Virus genome (UHGV): UHGV-0151214
Strand: one strand, 5' to 3'
DNA from: a virus
DNA length: 12,009 nucleotides
Both the position numbers and the translations under genes were made by a program. Shown here piece after piece: positions 1-7,954 of the stretch (positions are counted from its first letter, which is position 1; every line of letters begins with the position of its first letter). The notes beneath the pieces were generated by a model. It saw only the letters and a program-made list of their open reading frames with translations. It was not told the origin of the DNA and did no database searches.

Positions 1-1488
1 GACCCTTATGCGCAAGCTGGAGAAACAATTGGCGGGTATTTAGTTCCAGGAGTTGGAACGGCAGGAAGCATGGCTATAGGATCACTGGCAGAAGCCGCAA
101 ACCAGAAAGGCGATTTCGCGCAAAATGCAGCCATAAACGCCGGAGTTAACCTTGCCGCTCAGGGTGTTCTTTCCGCAGCAGCAAAGGGAATAGGGCGTGG
201 AATAACGGCTATAAAAGGCGATATCGCGCCAGAAGTAGCGAAAAAAATTGCCACCTCAGAATCGATGGGCGTGACACCTATGACATCTGATGTTATCCAG
301 CCGAAAAATGCTTTCACTCGCGGTCTTACTCAGGATGCCGAGGGGGCTTTGCTCGGGACAGGCTCAAAGCGAGCGGAGCAATATGCAACGCGTAGTAAGT
401 TGGTAAGTAATTATTTTGACCGTTTTGGTGAGTACAACCCGGATGATGTGGTGAAATCTCTGACCACCACGTTAAGGGGACGGAAGGATGCCGCTGGCGC
501 TGTTATCAATGACGTCACCAATAAAATGGGTAATGCCGCAGTTGATACCACAAATACCATGAATGCTCTGAATACAGCGATCGCAAGACAGGAACGGCTT
601 GGGACGTCTGCCAATCAAAGCCTGCTTACATCCTTGCGTAACCTACGTGAAGAATTAGCAAACCCTGCAACTGATTTGGATGTTACGTTTGATCTCTTGC
701 GTCAGCACAGAACAGCATTTAGATCTAATGTTCAGGGAGATGCTATGGTCTTCCCCAACCAGGCAAAAGCAGCTACCAATATGGTAGAGAATGCAATGTC
801 AAAAGACCTTCGTAACGCAGTTGCTAAAAACCTCGGTGCATCAGACGCAGCAAAATACCTTAAAGCAAATTCCGATTATGCAAACGTTTATAATAAGGTG
901 CTTAATAAAAACATTGCTAACAAACTCAACAAGGCAAGCAGTGAAGCCAGTCCTGAACTTATAAATACCGTTGTATTAAGCAGAAAACCATCTGACGTGA
1001 AACGAATCTGGAGCGCACTGGATGATAAAGGGAAAGATGCTATGCGTGCAGCTTACGTCAGCAAAATAGCGGAAAAGGCCGGTGACTCTCCAGCCAAGTT
1101 CATCACTGAAGTTAATAAGCTGAAATCTCAGTCAGGCGGTGAAATTTACAACACTATTTTTTCTGGAAAGCACATGAAAGAACTTGATGCTCTTCATGAA
1201 GTTCTACAGCAAACAGCAAGGTCAGACACCGCAAATGTAGTAACTCAGACGGGGCAATCGCAAGCCAACAGGATAAGGACGATTGGCGCAACTGCGACTC
1301 TTGGCGTATCAATGGGGCTTGAGGCTGGTTTCGGTGCAATGATGCGCTTGTATGAATCCAAAGCAGCAAGGAATGCTCTCTTACGCTTGGCAAACACCAA
1401 AGCAGGAACACCAGCCTATGAAAGAGCGCTAAATAATGCTGCGAATGCCATCAGACCGCTGTTTGCTACTGAGGCAACACAGCAGTGA
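1..1488 (+). CDS. DNA ejection (injection) protein, P22 gp16-like, 5'-partial; the reading frame is open from base 1 so the true start is upstream of the window
   Basis: Frame 1 has no stop from position 1 to TGA at 1486-1488 (at least 495 codons in window). The product is Ala/Asn/Lys-rich and low-complexity, typical of P22-type ejection proteins. It sits immediately upstream of an mnt/arc/ant region and tailspike, where P22 has gene 16. Assignment is by composition and synteny only. Confidence 0.55.
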   Translation, partial: DPYAQAGETIGGYLVPGVGTAGSMAIGSLAEAANQKGDFAQNAAINAGVNLAAQGVLSAAAKGIGRGITAIKGDIAPEVAKKIATSESMGVTPMTSDVIQPKNAFTRGLTQDAEGALLGTGSKRAEQYATRSKLVSNYFDRFGEYNPDDVVKSLTTTLRGRKDAAGAVINDVTNKMGNAAVDTTNTMNALNTAIARQERLGTSANQSLLTSLRNLREELANPATDLDVTFDLLRQHRTAFRSNVQGDAMVFPNQAKAATNMVENAMSKDLRNAVAKNLGASDAAKYLKANSDYANVYNKVLNKNIANKLNKASSEASPELINTVVLSRKPSDVKRIWSALDDKGKDAMRAAYVSKIAEKAGDSPAKFITEVNKLKSQSGGEIYNTIFSGKHMKELDALHEVLQQTARSDTANVVTQTGQSQANRIRTIGATATLGVSMGLEAGFGAMMRLYESKAARNALLRLANTKAGTPAYERALNNAANAIRPLFATEATQQ

Positions 1489-1505
1489 CTAAATGCCATG
1501 GATGG

Positions 1506-1955
1506 CTATTTTTTAGTGTAATAATCATCAAAATCGCAAGAAACAGATATCACAAAACCTGAAGTCATAGAAAAAGACAGGGTTTCACATGCCTTTCCGG
1601 CTTGATGGTATGCATTGATGCCACCGTATACGGATTCTCTTGATGAAAACAATGATTTTTCACCGTTTTTTTCTACAAGAATATGCCCATCTGAATCATT
1701 AATAAACCAAACAGAAATAGAGGAGCTTTCGCCAAGGAATGTTCTGTTGAATACCATGGGTGATTTACCCTTGACAACATTTTCTGCGCGCATAATCAGC
1801 TCAGCATTTTTTTTGCTATTTTTTTGTTCTGTATAGATTTTGTCTGCCACAAAATAAACAATGGCAATGGCTAACAAAGATAGGGAAATCAGCAATGCCT
1901 TTTTAATCAATTTTTTTGCATCCCTGTAAATCTCAACTGATAATTTTTCACTCAC
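1506..1955 (-). CDS. Hypothetical membrane-anchored protein (one N-terminal TM helix, about 110-aa C-terminal domain); candidate superinfection-exclusion protein by position (SieA-like locus)
   Basis: Minus-strand ORF with likely GTG start at 1953-1955, preceded by a perfect AAGGAGG Shine-Dalgarno (plus 1961-1967) at 5-nt spacing. Hydrophobic segment ALLISLSLLAIAIVYFVA follows a Lys-rich N-terminus. The longer 221-aa version in the ORF track would overlap the divergent gene and lacks an RBS. It occupies the slot between gene 16 and mnt where P22 carries sieA. Confidence 0.55.
   Translation of the reverse strand: MSEKLSVEIYRDAKKLIKKALLISLSLLAIAIVYFVADKIYTEQKNSKKNAELIMRAENVVKGKSPMVFNRTFLGESSSISVWFINDSDGHILVEKNGEKSLFSSRESVYGGINAYHQAGKACETLSFSMTSGFVISVSCDFDDYYTKK
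1916..1944 (+). promoter_or_regulatory. Candidate sigma70 promoter for the 1986..2351 gene (TTGCAT, 17-bp spacer, GATAAT)
   Basis: TTGCAT at 1916-1921, a 17-bp spacer, GATAAT at 1939-1944, about 40 nt upstream of ATG 1986. It overlaps the 5' end of the divergent minus-strand gene. Motif match only. Confidence 0.3.
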
Positions 1956-1985
1956 ACCAACCTCCTTAGTTTTGCGCAGGATACC

Positions 1986-2351
1986 ATGAAAAAAGTTAAC
2001 ATTGGAAACGTACCAAAGATGCTCGTTCCGCTCTTTGAGAGCGGTACAATTGTGTTTTGTAGAGACTTTCCAGAATGGCAACGCCTGCATCAAAAACTTG
2101 GCGTTGACGTGCATGACTCGGACGCCAACGGAGCGTCTCATACAATGAGTAGCGAGAATGGTGTTTTGCATGTGATAGGCGTGTTCAATGGCAAACTATC
2201 TACTATTGCCCATGAGTGCGCTCACATGGCATTCGATATCTGCTCAAGGGTAGGTGTTGATGTTGAACCAGGAAGAGCCAACGAGACTTACTGCTACTTA
2301 ATGAGCAGGCTTGTTGAGTTCTGCGAGCGACATATCAAAAAGCCGGAGTGA
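1986..2351 (+). CDS. Small (121 aa) hypothetical protein with an HExxH motif (TIAHECAHMAF); possible minimal zincin-like metallopeptidase fold
   Basis: ATG at 1986 with AGGA 4-5 nt upstream; clean 121-codon ORF. The HExxH sits in a predicted helical context with Glu residues 14-20 aa downstream as possible third ligand. No family recognised by eye. Confidence 0.6.
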   Translation: MKKVNIGNVPKMLVPLFESGTIVFCRDFPEWQRLHQKLGVDVHDSDANGASHTMSSENGVLHVIGVFNGKLSTIAHECAHMAFDICSRVGVDVEPGRANETYCYLMSRLVEFCERHIKKPE

Positions 2352-2410
2352 ACCGGCTTGATTATTACTTTTTGCTGTCTGGAGTTCGCTTATCCAATAC
2401 CCAGCCATGA

Positions 2411-2647
2411 CCTGGCTTTTTAGCAACTGCAGATCGCACAATCAATGTTCCATTCCACGGAACAAATCTCTTTTTGGTCAGCATTAACAATGAACCTTAC
2501 GTTCCTATGAAACCCGTTGTAGAAGGCATGGGTATGGTTTGGGCTGCTCAATTTGTTAAATTAAAACAGAGAGTTGTCAAAGGTATTTCGGAAATCGAAA
2601 TACCTTCTGCTGGCGGCGCAGGCTGCACCAAAAAAGAAACCAATTAA
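2411..2647 (+). pseudogene. Remnant of an antirepressor (Ant-like) N-terminal domain; no ATG start at the homologous N-terminus
   Basis: Frame open from stop TGA (2408-2410) to TAA (2645-2647). Translation TINVPFHGTNLFLVSINNEPYVPMKPVVEGMGMVWAAQFVKLKQ aligns with residues about 11-55 of the intact Ant encoded at 3960..4862 ([45 protein letters not shown]). Similarity ends after KLKQ and the frame terminates about 25 codons later. Confidence 0.55.
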
Positions 2648-2690
2648 TATATTTTTCATTTTGATTCCAAATAGTTATAGGATGAAAGTT

Positions 2691-2876
2691 ATGACCATAG
2701 AAGAACGCCTGAACAACATTGAGTTGAATCAAACCCTGCTTGACCAGCGACTTTCAGATCTTGAGCTTAAAGATCTAGATGCGCAAATATTAGAAGCAGA
2801 AGCCAAGCTCTCCAGCTTAAACCACCGTAAGAAGCAAATCCGCAATAGAATTACTCAGGGACGCGGAAGCCGTTGA
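2691..2876 (+). CDS. Small hypothetical coiled-coil protein (61 aa; alternative start ATG 2682)
   Basis: ATG at 2691 with AGGA (2679-2682) 8 nt upstream. Product MTIEERLNNIELNQTLLDQRLSDLELKDLDAQILEAEAKL... has heptad-like Leu spacing and a basic C-terminus. The TTG-initiated 100-aa version in the track overlaps the ant remnant and is less likely. Confidence 0.4.
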   Translation: MTIEERLNNIELNQTLLDQRLSDLELKDLDAQILEAEAKLSSLNHRKKQIRNRITQGRGSR

Positions 2877-2885
2877 AATCCTAGT

Positions 2886-3203
2886 CTATTTTTTCTCAGA
2901 GCTCATATTGTAATAGGTGGTATAAATAGAGATTGATTTCTGACATGCTTCAAGAAATTGCTGCGGAGTCATCCCAAGCCTTGCTTGCTCTGTAGTAAGG
3001 AATCTCTGTAAGAATTCATTCCCACCTGGCATGTTTGTAGATTCTTGGAATATTGCCATTTGTTTGATTGCACCACACATACCAGCCATTTTCGAAGCTA
3101 TCATGAGGCCTTGTATTTCATCAAAACTGCTATCGTCTGATTTTGTTTCTGCGTTAGCTATGCTCGAGAGACACAGGAGCAATAGGATAGCGATGCGTTT
3201 CAT
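2886..3203 (-). CDS. Small secreted (periplasmic) protein, 105 aa, with cleavable signal peptide and two Cys in the mature part; co-transcribed and translationally coupled with mnt
   Basis: Minus-strand ATG (3203-3201) overlaps the mnt stop (3202-3200) as ATGA. N-terminus MKRIAILLLLCLSSIANA-ETK is a classic Sec signal peptide with an AxA cleavage site. Two Cys in the mature part could form a periplasmic disulfide. Confidence 0.6.
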   Translation of the reverse strand: MKRIAILLLLCLSSIANAETKSDDSSFDEIQGLMIASKMAGMCGAIKQMAIFQESTNMPGGNEFLQRFLTTEQARLGMTPQQFLEACQKSISIYTTYYNMSSEKK

Positions 3204-3451
3204 TTTTCACCGTTGCCATGCATACATTTTAACTTCTCAACCTCATGCTCAAGCTCTATCAACCGCGATGCTATAGTTGCAATATCTAGTGCTTGAATAT
3301 GTTTATTTTTTTCAGTCCATGCCTCAAGTGCTGCTACCATCTCAGCATTTAATGAACGAGAATTAGCCTCAGCCAGCTCAATAAGACGTTCCTTTATCTC
3401 TACAGGAAGCCTCAGATTCACTTGAGGGTTTTTGTACTTACGATCAGACAT
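3200..3451 (-). CDS. mnt: Mnt-like ribbon-helix-helix repressor (83 aa)
   Basis: NLRLPVEIKERLIELAEANSRSLNAEMVAAL matches the P22 Mnt N-terminal RHH region (NFRMPMEVREKLKFRAEANGRSMNSELLQIV, from memory). Same length as P22 Mnt (83 aa) and divergent from the arc-ant operon as in P22 immI. AGGA SD 8 nt upstream on the minus strand. Confidence 0.85.
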   Translation of the reverse strand: MSDRKYKNPQVNLRLPVEIKERLIELAEANSRSLNAEMVAALEAWTEKNKHIQALDIATIASRLIELEHEVEKLKCMHGNGEK

Positions 3452-3488
3452 CGGCGCATCCTGAATAATTATTTACCACAGGATATGT

Positions 3489-3537
3489 AGGTATCTATTG
3501 ACTATCAATGCGTACCTAAATACTATGTATGCGTACC
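3489..3537. promoter_or_regulatory. Divergent promoter/operator region between mnt and arc: candidate rightward promoter (TTGACT, 17-bp spacer, TACTAT), an overlapping 29-bp imperfect dyad, and two 9-bp direct repeats
   Basis: -35 TTGACT at 3498-3503, a 17-bp spacer, -10 TACTAT at 3521-3526, about 30 nt upstream of arc ATG 3557. Dyad AGGTATCTATTGACTATCAATGCGTACCT (3489-3517) matches its reverse complement at 20 of 29 positions and is centred on the -35. ATGCGTACC occurs at 3508-3516 and 3529-3537 (21-bp period). Confidence 0.45.
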
Positions 3538-3556
3538 ACATACAGCGGAGGATGCA

Positions 3557-3697
3557 ATGAAGGTAAAAACACTGCGTATGCCAGAGAAGTTAGAAAAAAT
3601 CCTTGAAGAGAAAGCAAAGGAAGAGTGTCGCTCATTTAGCGCAGAAGTAATTAAACGGGTGTTGGACAGCCTGAAAAGAGAGGGGATAACAGTATGA
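3557..3697 (+). CDS. arc: Arc-like ribbon-helix-helix repressor (46 aa)
   Basis: [46 protein letters not shown] aligns with P22 Arc (…RWPREVLDLVRKVAEENGRSVNSEIYQRVMESFKKEG, from memory). GGAGGA SD upstream of ATG 3557. Below the ORF-track size cut-off, found by manual translation. Confidence 0.8.
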   Translation: MKVKTLRMPEKLEKILEEKAKEECRSFSAEVIKRVLDSLKREGITV

Positions 3698-3897
3698 GTA
3701 AAGAATGTTGTTTCTGCGGCATTAGCGAATCAGACGCTGATCAAACATACATTTACTCTAAAGAAACAGGTCGGATGCTGTGTAGTGACTGCGTGTTGGA
3801 CATCATAAGATACAAGCATCTTGGATGTTCTGCCAGCATTAGCAATATAGGTGAAGTATACGAAGGGAAAGATATAACTGATAGAGCAGAAAGTTGA
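3694..3897 (+). CDS. Hypothetical small Cys-rich protein (67 aa; possible zinc-ribbon-like), translationally coupled to arc
   Basis: ATG 3694 overlaps the arc stop (3695-3697) as ATGA. Cys at positions 5, 6, 8, 30, 33 and 45 (CCFC … CSDC … C). It lies between arc and ant where P22, as remembered, has a short intercistronic region. Coding status uncertain. Confidence 0.4.
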   Translation: MSKECCFCGISESDADQTYIYSKETGRMLCSDCVLDIIRYKHLGCSASISNIGEVYEGKDITDRAES

Positions 3898-3959
3898 AGC
3901 CCCAACTGCGGGAACAGTCAGGGCTTCGGTTGTCAGTAAATCCGTGGAGAAAAACCAAC

Positions 3960-4862
3960 ATGAATAGTATAGCAATTTTAGAAGCAGTGAACACCTCTTA
4001 CGTACCATTCAACGGTCAGCAAATTATCACCGCCATGGCTGCCGGAGTTGCATATGTTGCGATGAAGCCAATCGTTGAAAACCTTGGAATGAGCTGGTCA
4101 ACGCAGCAAACAAAACTCATGAAGCAGATTAGCAAATTCAACTGTGTTCATATGAACATGGTTGCCGCTGATGGGAAGCTTCGTAAGTTACTCTGCCTTC
4201 CTTTGAAGAAGTTAAATGGATGGCTGTTCAGCATCAACCCTGAGAAAGTTCGTGCTGACATCCGCGATAAACTGATTCAGTACCAGGAAGAATGCTTTAC
4301 TGTGCTGCATGACTACTGGACAAAGGGAAAGGCAGAAAATGCACGTAAGAAAACATCTGTTGATGACAGGACTCCGCTTCGTGATGCTGTAAATATGCTG
4401 GTCAGCAAAAAGCATCTAATGTACCCAGAAGCTTATGCAATGATTCATCAGCGTTTCAATGTGGAAAGTATTGAAGAGCTTGATGCATCTCAGATACCGC
4501 AAGCCGTAGAGTACATCCACAGGGTAGTGCTTGAAGGTGAGTTCATCGGCAAACAAGAAGAGTTACCAGCGCCGAAACTGGATATTAACTTCCCGATTTC
4601 ATGGTTTGCTGAAAATGCACCTTACGCCATTATCAGGCAGCAATGCGGTGATACTGTTGCTCTTGACCGCAGCGCACTCGTTGAATGCAGTCCGGCGTAT
4701 AAACTAATCGATATTCTGACAAAAGCGGGGTATGACGTTTCAGCAGTAAGAGCCGAGCTAAAAGCACTTCGCCATTTAATGGCTGAGCAAAGCTGGGCAC
4801 TTAAAGAGATAGCTTCATTCGCAGCGATACGTGATAGAGCGTGCCACTCAATTAAACTTTAA
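3960..4862 (+). CDS. ant: Antirepressor Ant (300 aa), P22 Ant-like
   Basis: Downstream of arc in the same orientation. ATG 3960 preceded by GGAG; 300 aa, the same length as P22 Ant. Its N-terminal domain is duplicated as a remnant at 2411..2647. The track's upstream start at 3894 overlaps the preceding ORF and lacks an SD. Confidence 0.8.
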   Translation: MNSIAILEAVNTSYVPFNGQQIITAMAAGVAYVAMKPIVENLGMSWSTQQTKLMKQISKFNCVHMNMVAADGKLRKLLCLPLKKLNGWLFSINPEKVRADIRDKLIQYQEECFTVLHDYWTKGKAENARKKTSVDDRTPLRDAVNMLVSKKHLMYPEAYAMIHQRFNVESIEELDASQIPQAVEYIHRVVLEGEFIGKQEELPAPKLDINFPISWFAENAPYAIIRQQCGDTVALDRSALVECSPAYKLIDILTKAGYDVSAVRAELKALRHLMAEQSWALKEIASFAAIRDRACHSIKL

Positions 4863-4902
4863 CTACCTGCACGAAAAGTGTAGGTCAATAACCAACGCAA
4901 CG

Positions 4903-4927
4903 ACCCAGCTTCGGCTGGGTTTTTTTT
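4903..4927 (+). terminator. Rho-independent terminator downstream of ant
   Basis: Stem ACCCAGC / GCTGGGT with loop TTCG, followed by a T8 tract (4920-4927). Confidence 0.7.
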
Positions 4928-4985
4928 ATGCCCAAAATTCACCGTAGCCATGCTGCGGCCATTCCTTGTATCTGGAGCAAATTAA

Positions 4986-7928
4986 ATGACAGACATTACA
5001 GCCAATGTTGTAGTGAGTATGCCATCGCAACTCTTCACTATGGCACGTTCTTTTAAAGCCGTAGCCAATGGAAAAATTTATATCGGTAAAATTGACACTG
5101 ACCCGGTAAATCCTGAAAACCAGATTCAGGTTTGTGTAGAGAACGAAGACGGTTCTCACGTTCCTGTTTCGCAACCAATCATTATTAACGCTGCTGGTTA
5201 TCCGGTATACAACGGACAGATTGCCAAGTTTGTAACCGTGCAAGGCCATTCTATGGCTGTTTACGATGCTTATGGGGCGCAGCAGTTCTATTTTCCTAAT
5301 GTGCTGAAGTATGATCCTGATCAGTTACGGCAGCAATTAGAAGACCCAGATGGAGCGAATAAATACCCAAAACTTCAGATAGCAAGATGGAGAGACAGTT
5401 ATGATGTAAGAGGTTGGGGGGCTATTGGTGATGGTGTTCATGATGATACATCAGCTCTATCAGAATTACTTTCTGTTGCAACAGGTGGTGAAAAGATAGA
5501 TGGGCGAGGGCTTACTTTTAAAGTATCAACTCTTCCAGATGTCAGTCGATTTAAAAATGCTCGTTTTTTATTTGAGAGAATACCGGGTCAGCCTCTTTTT
5601 TATGCTTCTGAAGATTTTATCCAGGGAGAGTTATTTAAAATTACAGATACACCGTGGTACAACGCCTGGACGCAGGATAAAACGTTTGTATATGACAATG
5701 TCATCTATGCGCCTTTTATGGCTGGAGACCGCCATGGTGTAAATAACCTCCATGTTGCATGGGTTCGCTCAGGAGATGACGGGAAGACCTGGACAACGCC
5801 GGAATGGCTTACAGATTTACATGAAAACTATCCCACAGTTAACTATCACTGCATGAGTATGGGGGTTGTCAGAAATCGCCTTTTTGCTGTAATTGAGACG
5901 CGGACCGTGAGCGGAAATAAACTGCAGGTTGCAGAGTTGTGGGATCGCCCAATGAGTCGCAGCCTTCGCGTTTATGGTGGTATAACGAAAGCAGCAAATC
6001 AGCAAGTCGCTTATATTCGCATTACTGATCACGGATTATTTGCTGGTGATTTTGTCAACTTCTCAAACTCTGGTGTTACAGGTGTTACCGGGAATATGAC
6101 GGTGACTACTGTTATTGATAAAAATACCTTTACAGTTACGACGCAAAATACCCAGGATGTGGATCAGAATAACGAGGGTAGATACTGGAGTTTTGGTACA
6201 TCATTTCACTCGTCACCATGGAGAAAAACCAGTCTTGGAACTATTCCTTCTTTTGTTGACGGAAGCACTCCTGTTACTGAGATTCACAGTTTTGCGACGA
6301 TTAGCGATAACAGTTTTGCTGTTGGCTACCATAATGGTGATATTGGTCCACGCGAGCTTGGGATACTCTATTTCTCTGATGCTTTCGGTTCTCCTGGTAG
6401 CTTTGTTCGCAGACGCATACCTGTAGAATATGAGGCGAATGCATCTGAGCCATGTGTAAAATATTATGATGGCATTCTGTATCTGACGACCAGGGGGACA
6501 TTAAGTACTCAACCCGGTAGTTCATTGCACAGAAGCTCTGATTTAGGTACATCATGGAATTCTCTTCGCTTCCCAAATAATGTTCATCACTCAAACCTTC
6601 CTTTTGCCAAAGTTGGCGATGAGCTGATTATTTTTGGCAGTGAGCGCGCATTTGGTGAGTGGGAAGGAGGAGAACCTGATAACCGTTATGCAGGAAATTA
6701 TCCAAGAACATTTATGACCAGAGTTAACGTCAATGGGTGGAGTCTGGATAATGTAGAGTGGGTTAATGTTACTGATCAGATTTATCAGGGCGGAATAGTT
6801 AACTCTGCGGTTGGTGTTGGTTCAGTTTGTATCAAAGACAACTGGCTGTACTACATTTTCGGTGGGGAAGACTTTCTAAACCCATGGAGCATAGGGGATA
6901 ACAACAGAAAATATCCTTATGTTCACGATGGTCACCCGGCTGATTTGTATTGTTTCAGGGTGAAAATTAAACAGGAAGAATTTGTTTCAAGGGATTTTGT
7001 CTACGGAGCCACTCCTAACAGAACGCTTCCTACTTTTATGTCGACGTCAGGCGTGAGGACGGTTCCTGTACCCGTTGATTTCACAGATGATGTTGCCGTC
7101 CAGTCACTGACTGTCCATGCAGGTACATCAGGACAAGTTCGCGCGGAAGTCAAACTTGAGGGTAATTACGCCATTATTGCGAAGAAAGTACCGTCTGATG
7201 ATGTTACCGCTCAGAGATTAATCGTTAGCGGCGGTGAAACAACGTCTTCAGCAGATGGTGCAATGATAACGTTGCATGGTTCCGGAAGCAGTACTCCACG
7301 TCGCGCGGTATATAACGCACTCGAACATCTTTTTGAGAACGGAGATGTTAAACCTTATCTTGATAATGTAAATGCTCTTGGTGGTCCGGGAAACAGGTTC
7401 TCGACAGTTTATCTTGGCTCCAATCCTGTGGTTACCAGTGACGGAACATTAAAGACAGAGCCGGTCTCTCCTGACGAAGCATTGCTGGATGCCTGGGGTG
7501 ACGTCAGGTATATCGCTTATAAATGGCTGAACGCTGTCGCTATAAAGGGGGAAGAAGGGGCGAGGATACATCATGGTGTAATCGCGCAGCAACTTCGTGA
7601 TGTTCTTATTTCTCACGGACTCATGGAAGAAGAAAGCACAACATGCCGCTATGCCTTTCTTTGCTATGACGATTATCCCGCAGTATATGATGACGTCATT
7701 ACTGGCCAAAGGGAAATGCCGCTGACTGATAATGACGGGAGCATCATTGTTGATGAGGATGATAATCCAGTGATGGTAATGGAAGACATCATTGAGCGCG
7801 TTGAAATAACGCCAGCAGGATCTAGATGGGGGGTCAGACCTGATCTCTTATTCTATATCGAGGCAGCATGGCAGCGCAGAGAAATGGATAAGATAAAAGA
7901 GCGGGTTCAGTCTCTGGAAGAACGTTAA
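4986..7928 (+). CDS. Tailspike protein (980 aa): P22-type head-binding N-terminal domain, sialidase-like catalytic region with two Asp-boxes (probable endosialidase, GH58-like), and C-terminal self-cleaving chaperone domain (peptidase S74-like)
   Basis: N-terminal about 110 aa ([11 protein letters not shown]…[22 protein letters not shown]…VLKYDPDQ) closely matches the P22 gp9 head-binding domain. Asp-boxes SGDDGKTW (aa 262-269, nt 5769-5792) and SSDLGTSW (aa 517-524, nt 6534-6557). [15 protein letters not shown] motif is also present. The C-terminus has S-DGTLK (Ser818 at nt 7437-7439) and [11 protein letters not shown], resembling the autoproteolytic chaperone domain of endosialidases and tail fibres. 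Confidence 0.85.
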   Translation: MTDITANVVVSMPSQLFTMARSFKAVANGKIYIGKIDTDPVNPENQIQVCVENEDGSHVPVSQPIIINAAGYPVYNGQIAKFVTVQGHSMAVYDAYGAQQFYFPNVLKYDPDQLRQQLEDPDGANKYPKLQIARWRDSYDVRGWGAIGDGVHDDTSALSELLSVATGGEKIDGRGLTFKVSTLPDVSRFKNARFLFERIPGQPLFYASEDFIQGELFKITDTPWYNAWTQDKTFVYDNVIYAPFMAGDRHGVNNLHVAWVRSGDDGKTWTTPEWLTDLHENYPTVNYHCMSMGVVRNRLFAVIETRTVSGNKLQVAELWDRPMSRSLRVYGGITKAANQQVAYIRITDHGLFAGDFVNFSNSGVTGVTGNMTVTTVIDKNTFTVTTQNTQDVDQNNEGRYWSFGTSFHSSPWRKTSLGTIPSFVDGSTPVTEIHSFATISDNSFAVGYHNGDIGPRELGILYFSDAFGSPGSFVRRRIPVEYEANASEPCVKYYDGILYLTTRGTLSTQPGSSLHRSSDLGTSWNSLRFPNNVHHSNLPFAKVGDELIIFGSERAFGEWEGGEPDNRYAGNYPRTFMTRVNVNGWSLDNVEWVNVTDQIYQGGIVNSAVGVGSVCIKDNWLYYIFGGEDFLNPWSIGDNNRKYPYVHDGHPADLYCFRVKIKQEEFVSRDFVYGATPNRTLPTFMSTSGVRTVPVPVDFTDDVAVQSLTVHAGTSGQVRAEVKLEGNYAIIAKKVPSDDVTAQRLIVSGGETTSSADGAMITLHGSGSSTPRRAVYNALEHLFENGDVKPYLDNVNALGGPGNRFSTVYLGSNPVVTSDGTLKTEPVSPDEALLDAWGDVRYIAYKWLNAVAIKGEEGARIHHGVIAQQLRDVLISHGLMEEESTTCRYAFLCYDDYPAVYDDVITGQREMPLTDNDGSIIVDEDDNPVMVMEDIIERVEITPAGSRWGVRPDLLFYIEAAWQRREMDKIKERVQSLEER

Positions 7929-7954
7929 AAAAAAGCCCGCAAAATATTGCGGGC
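7927..7954. terminator. Hairpin terminator at the tailspike 3' end; the U-tract is on the minus-strand side, so it is stronger for leftward transcription
   Basis: A8 run (7927-7934), then stem GCCCGCAA (7935-7942), loop AATA, stem TTGCGGGC (7947-7954). On the minus strand this reads hairpin plus T8. On the plus strand the hairpin is followed by ATCAAAAACGG. Confidence 0.5.

Noticed and set aside
411-1836. Short ORFs 411..614 -, 1154..1411 - and 1615..1836 +
   Set aside because: They are antisense to the ejection-protein gene or to the membrane-protein gene, with no RBS and implausible composition.
1506-2171. Long (221 aa) version of the minus-strand ORF from the track
   Set aside because: The N-terminal extension would fully overlap the divergent HExxH gene start region and has no RBS. 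An internal GTG at 1955 has a perfect AAGGAGG SD and gives a sensible membrane-anchored protein.
3031-3276. 81-aa plus-strand ORF
   Set aside because: Antisense to the mnt / secreted-protein operon, with no RBS and a low-complexity product.
3894-4862. 322-aa version of ant starting at 3894
   Set aside because: The extension overlaps the preceding ORF and lacks an SD. ATG 3960 has GGAG upstream and yields exactly 300 aa like P22 Ant.
5500-7709. Several short ORFs on both strands inside the tailspike gene (5500..5742, 5817..6032, 6115..6426, 6301..6594, 7449..7709)
   Set aside because: All are embedded in or antisense to a 980-aa gene with strong domain signatures. They are out-of-frame artefacts.
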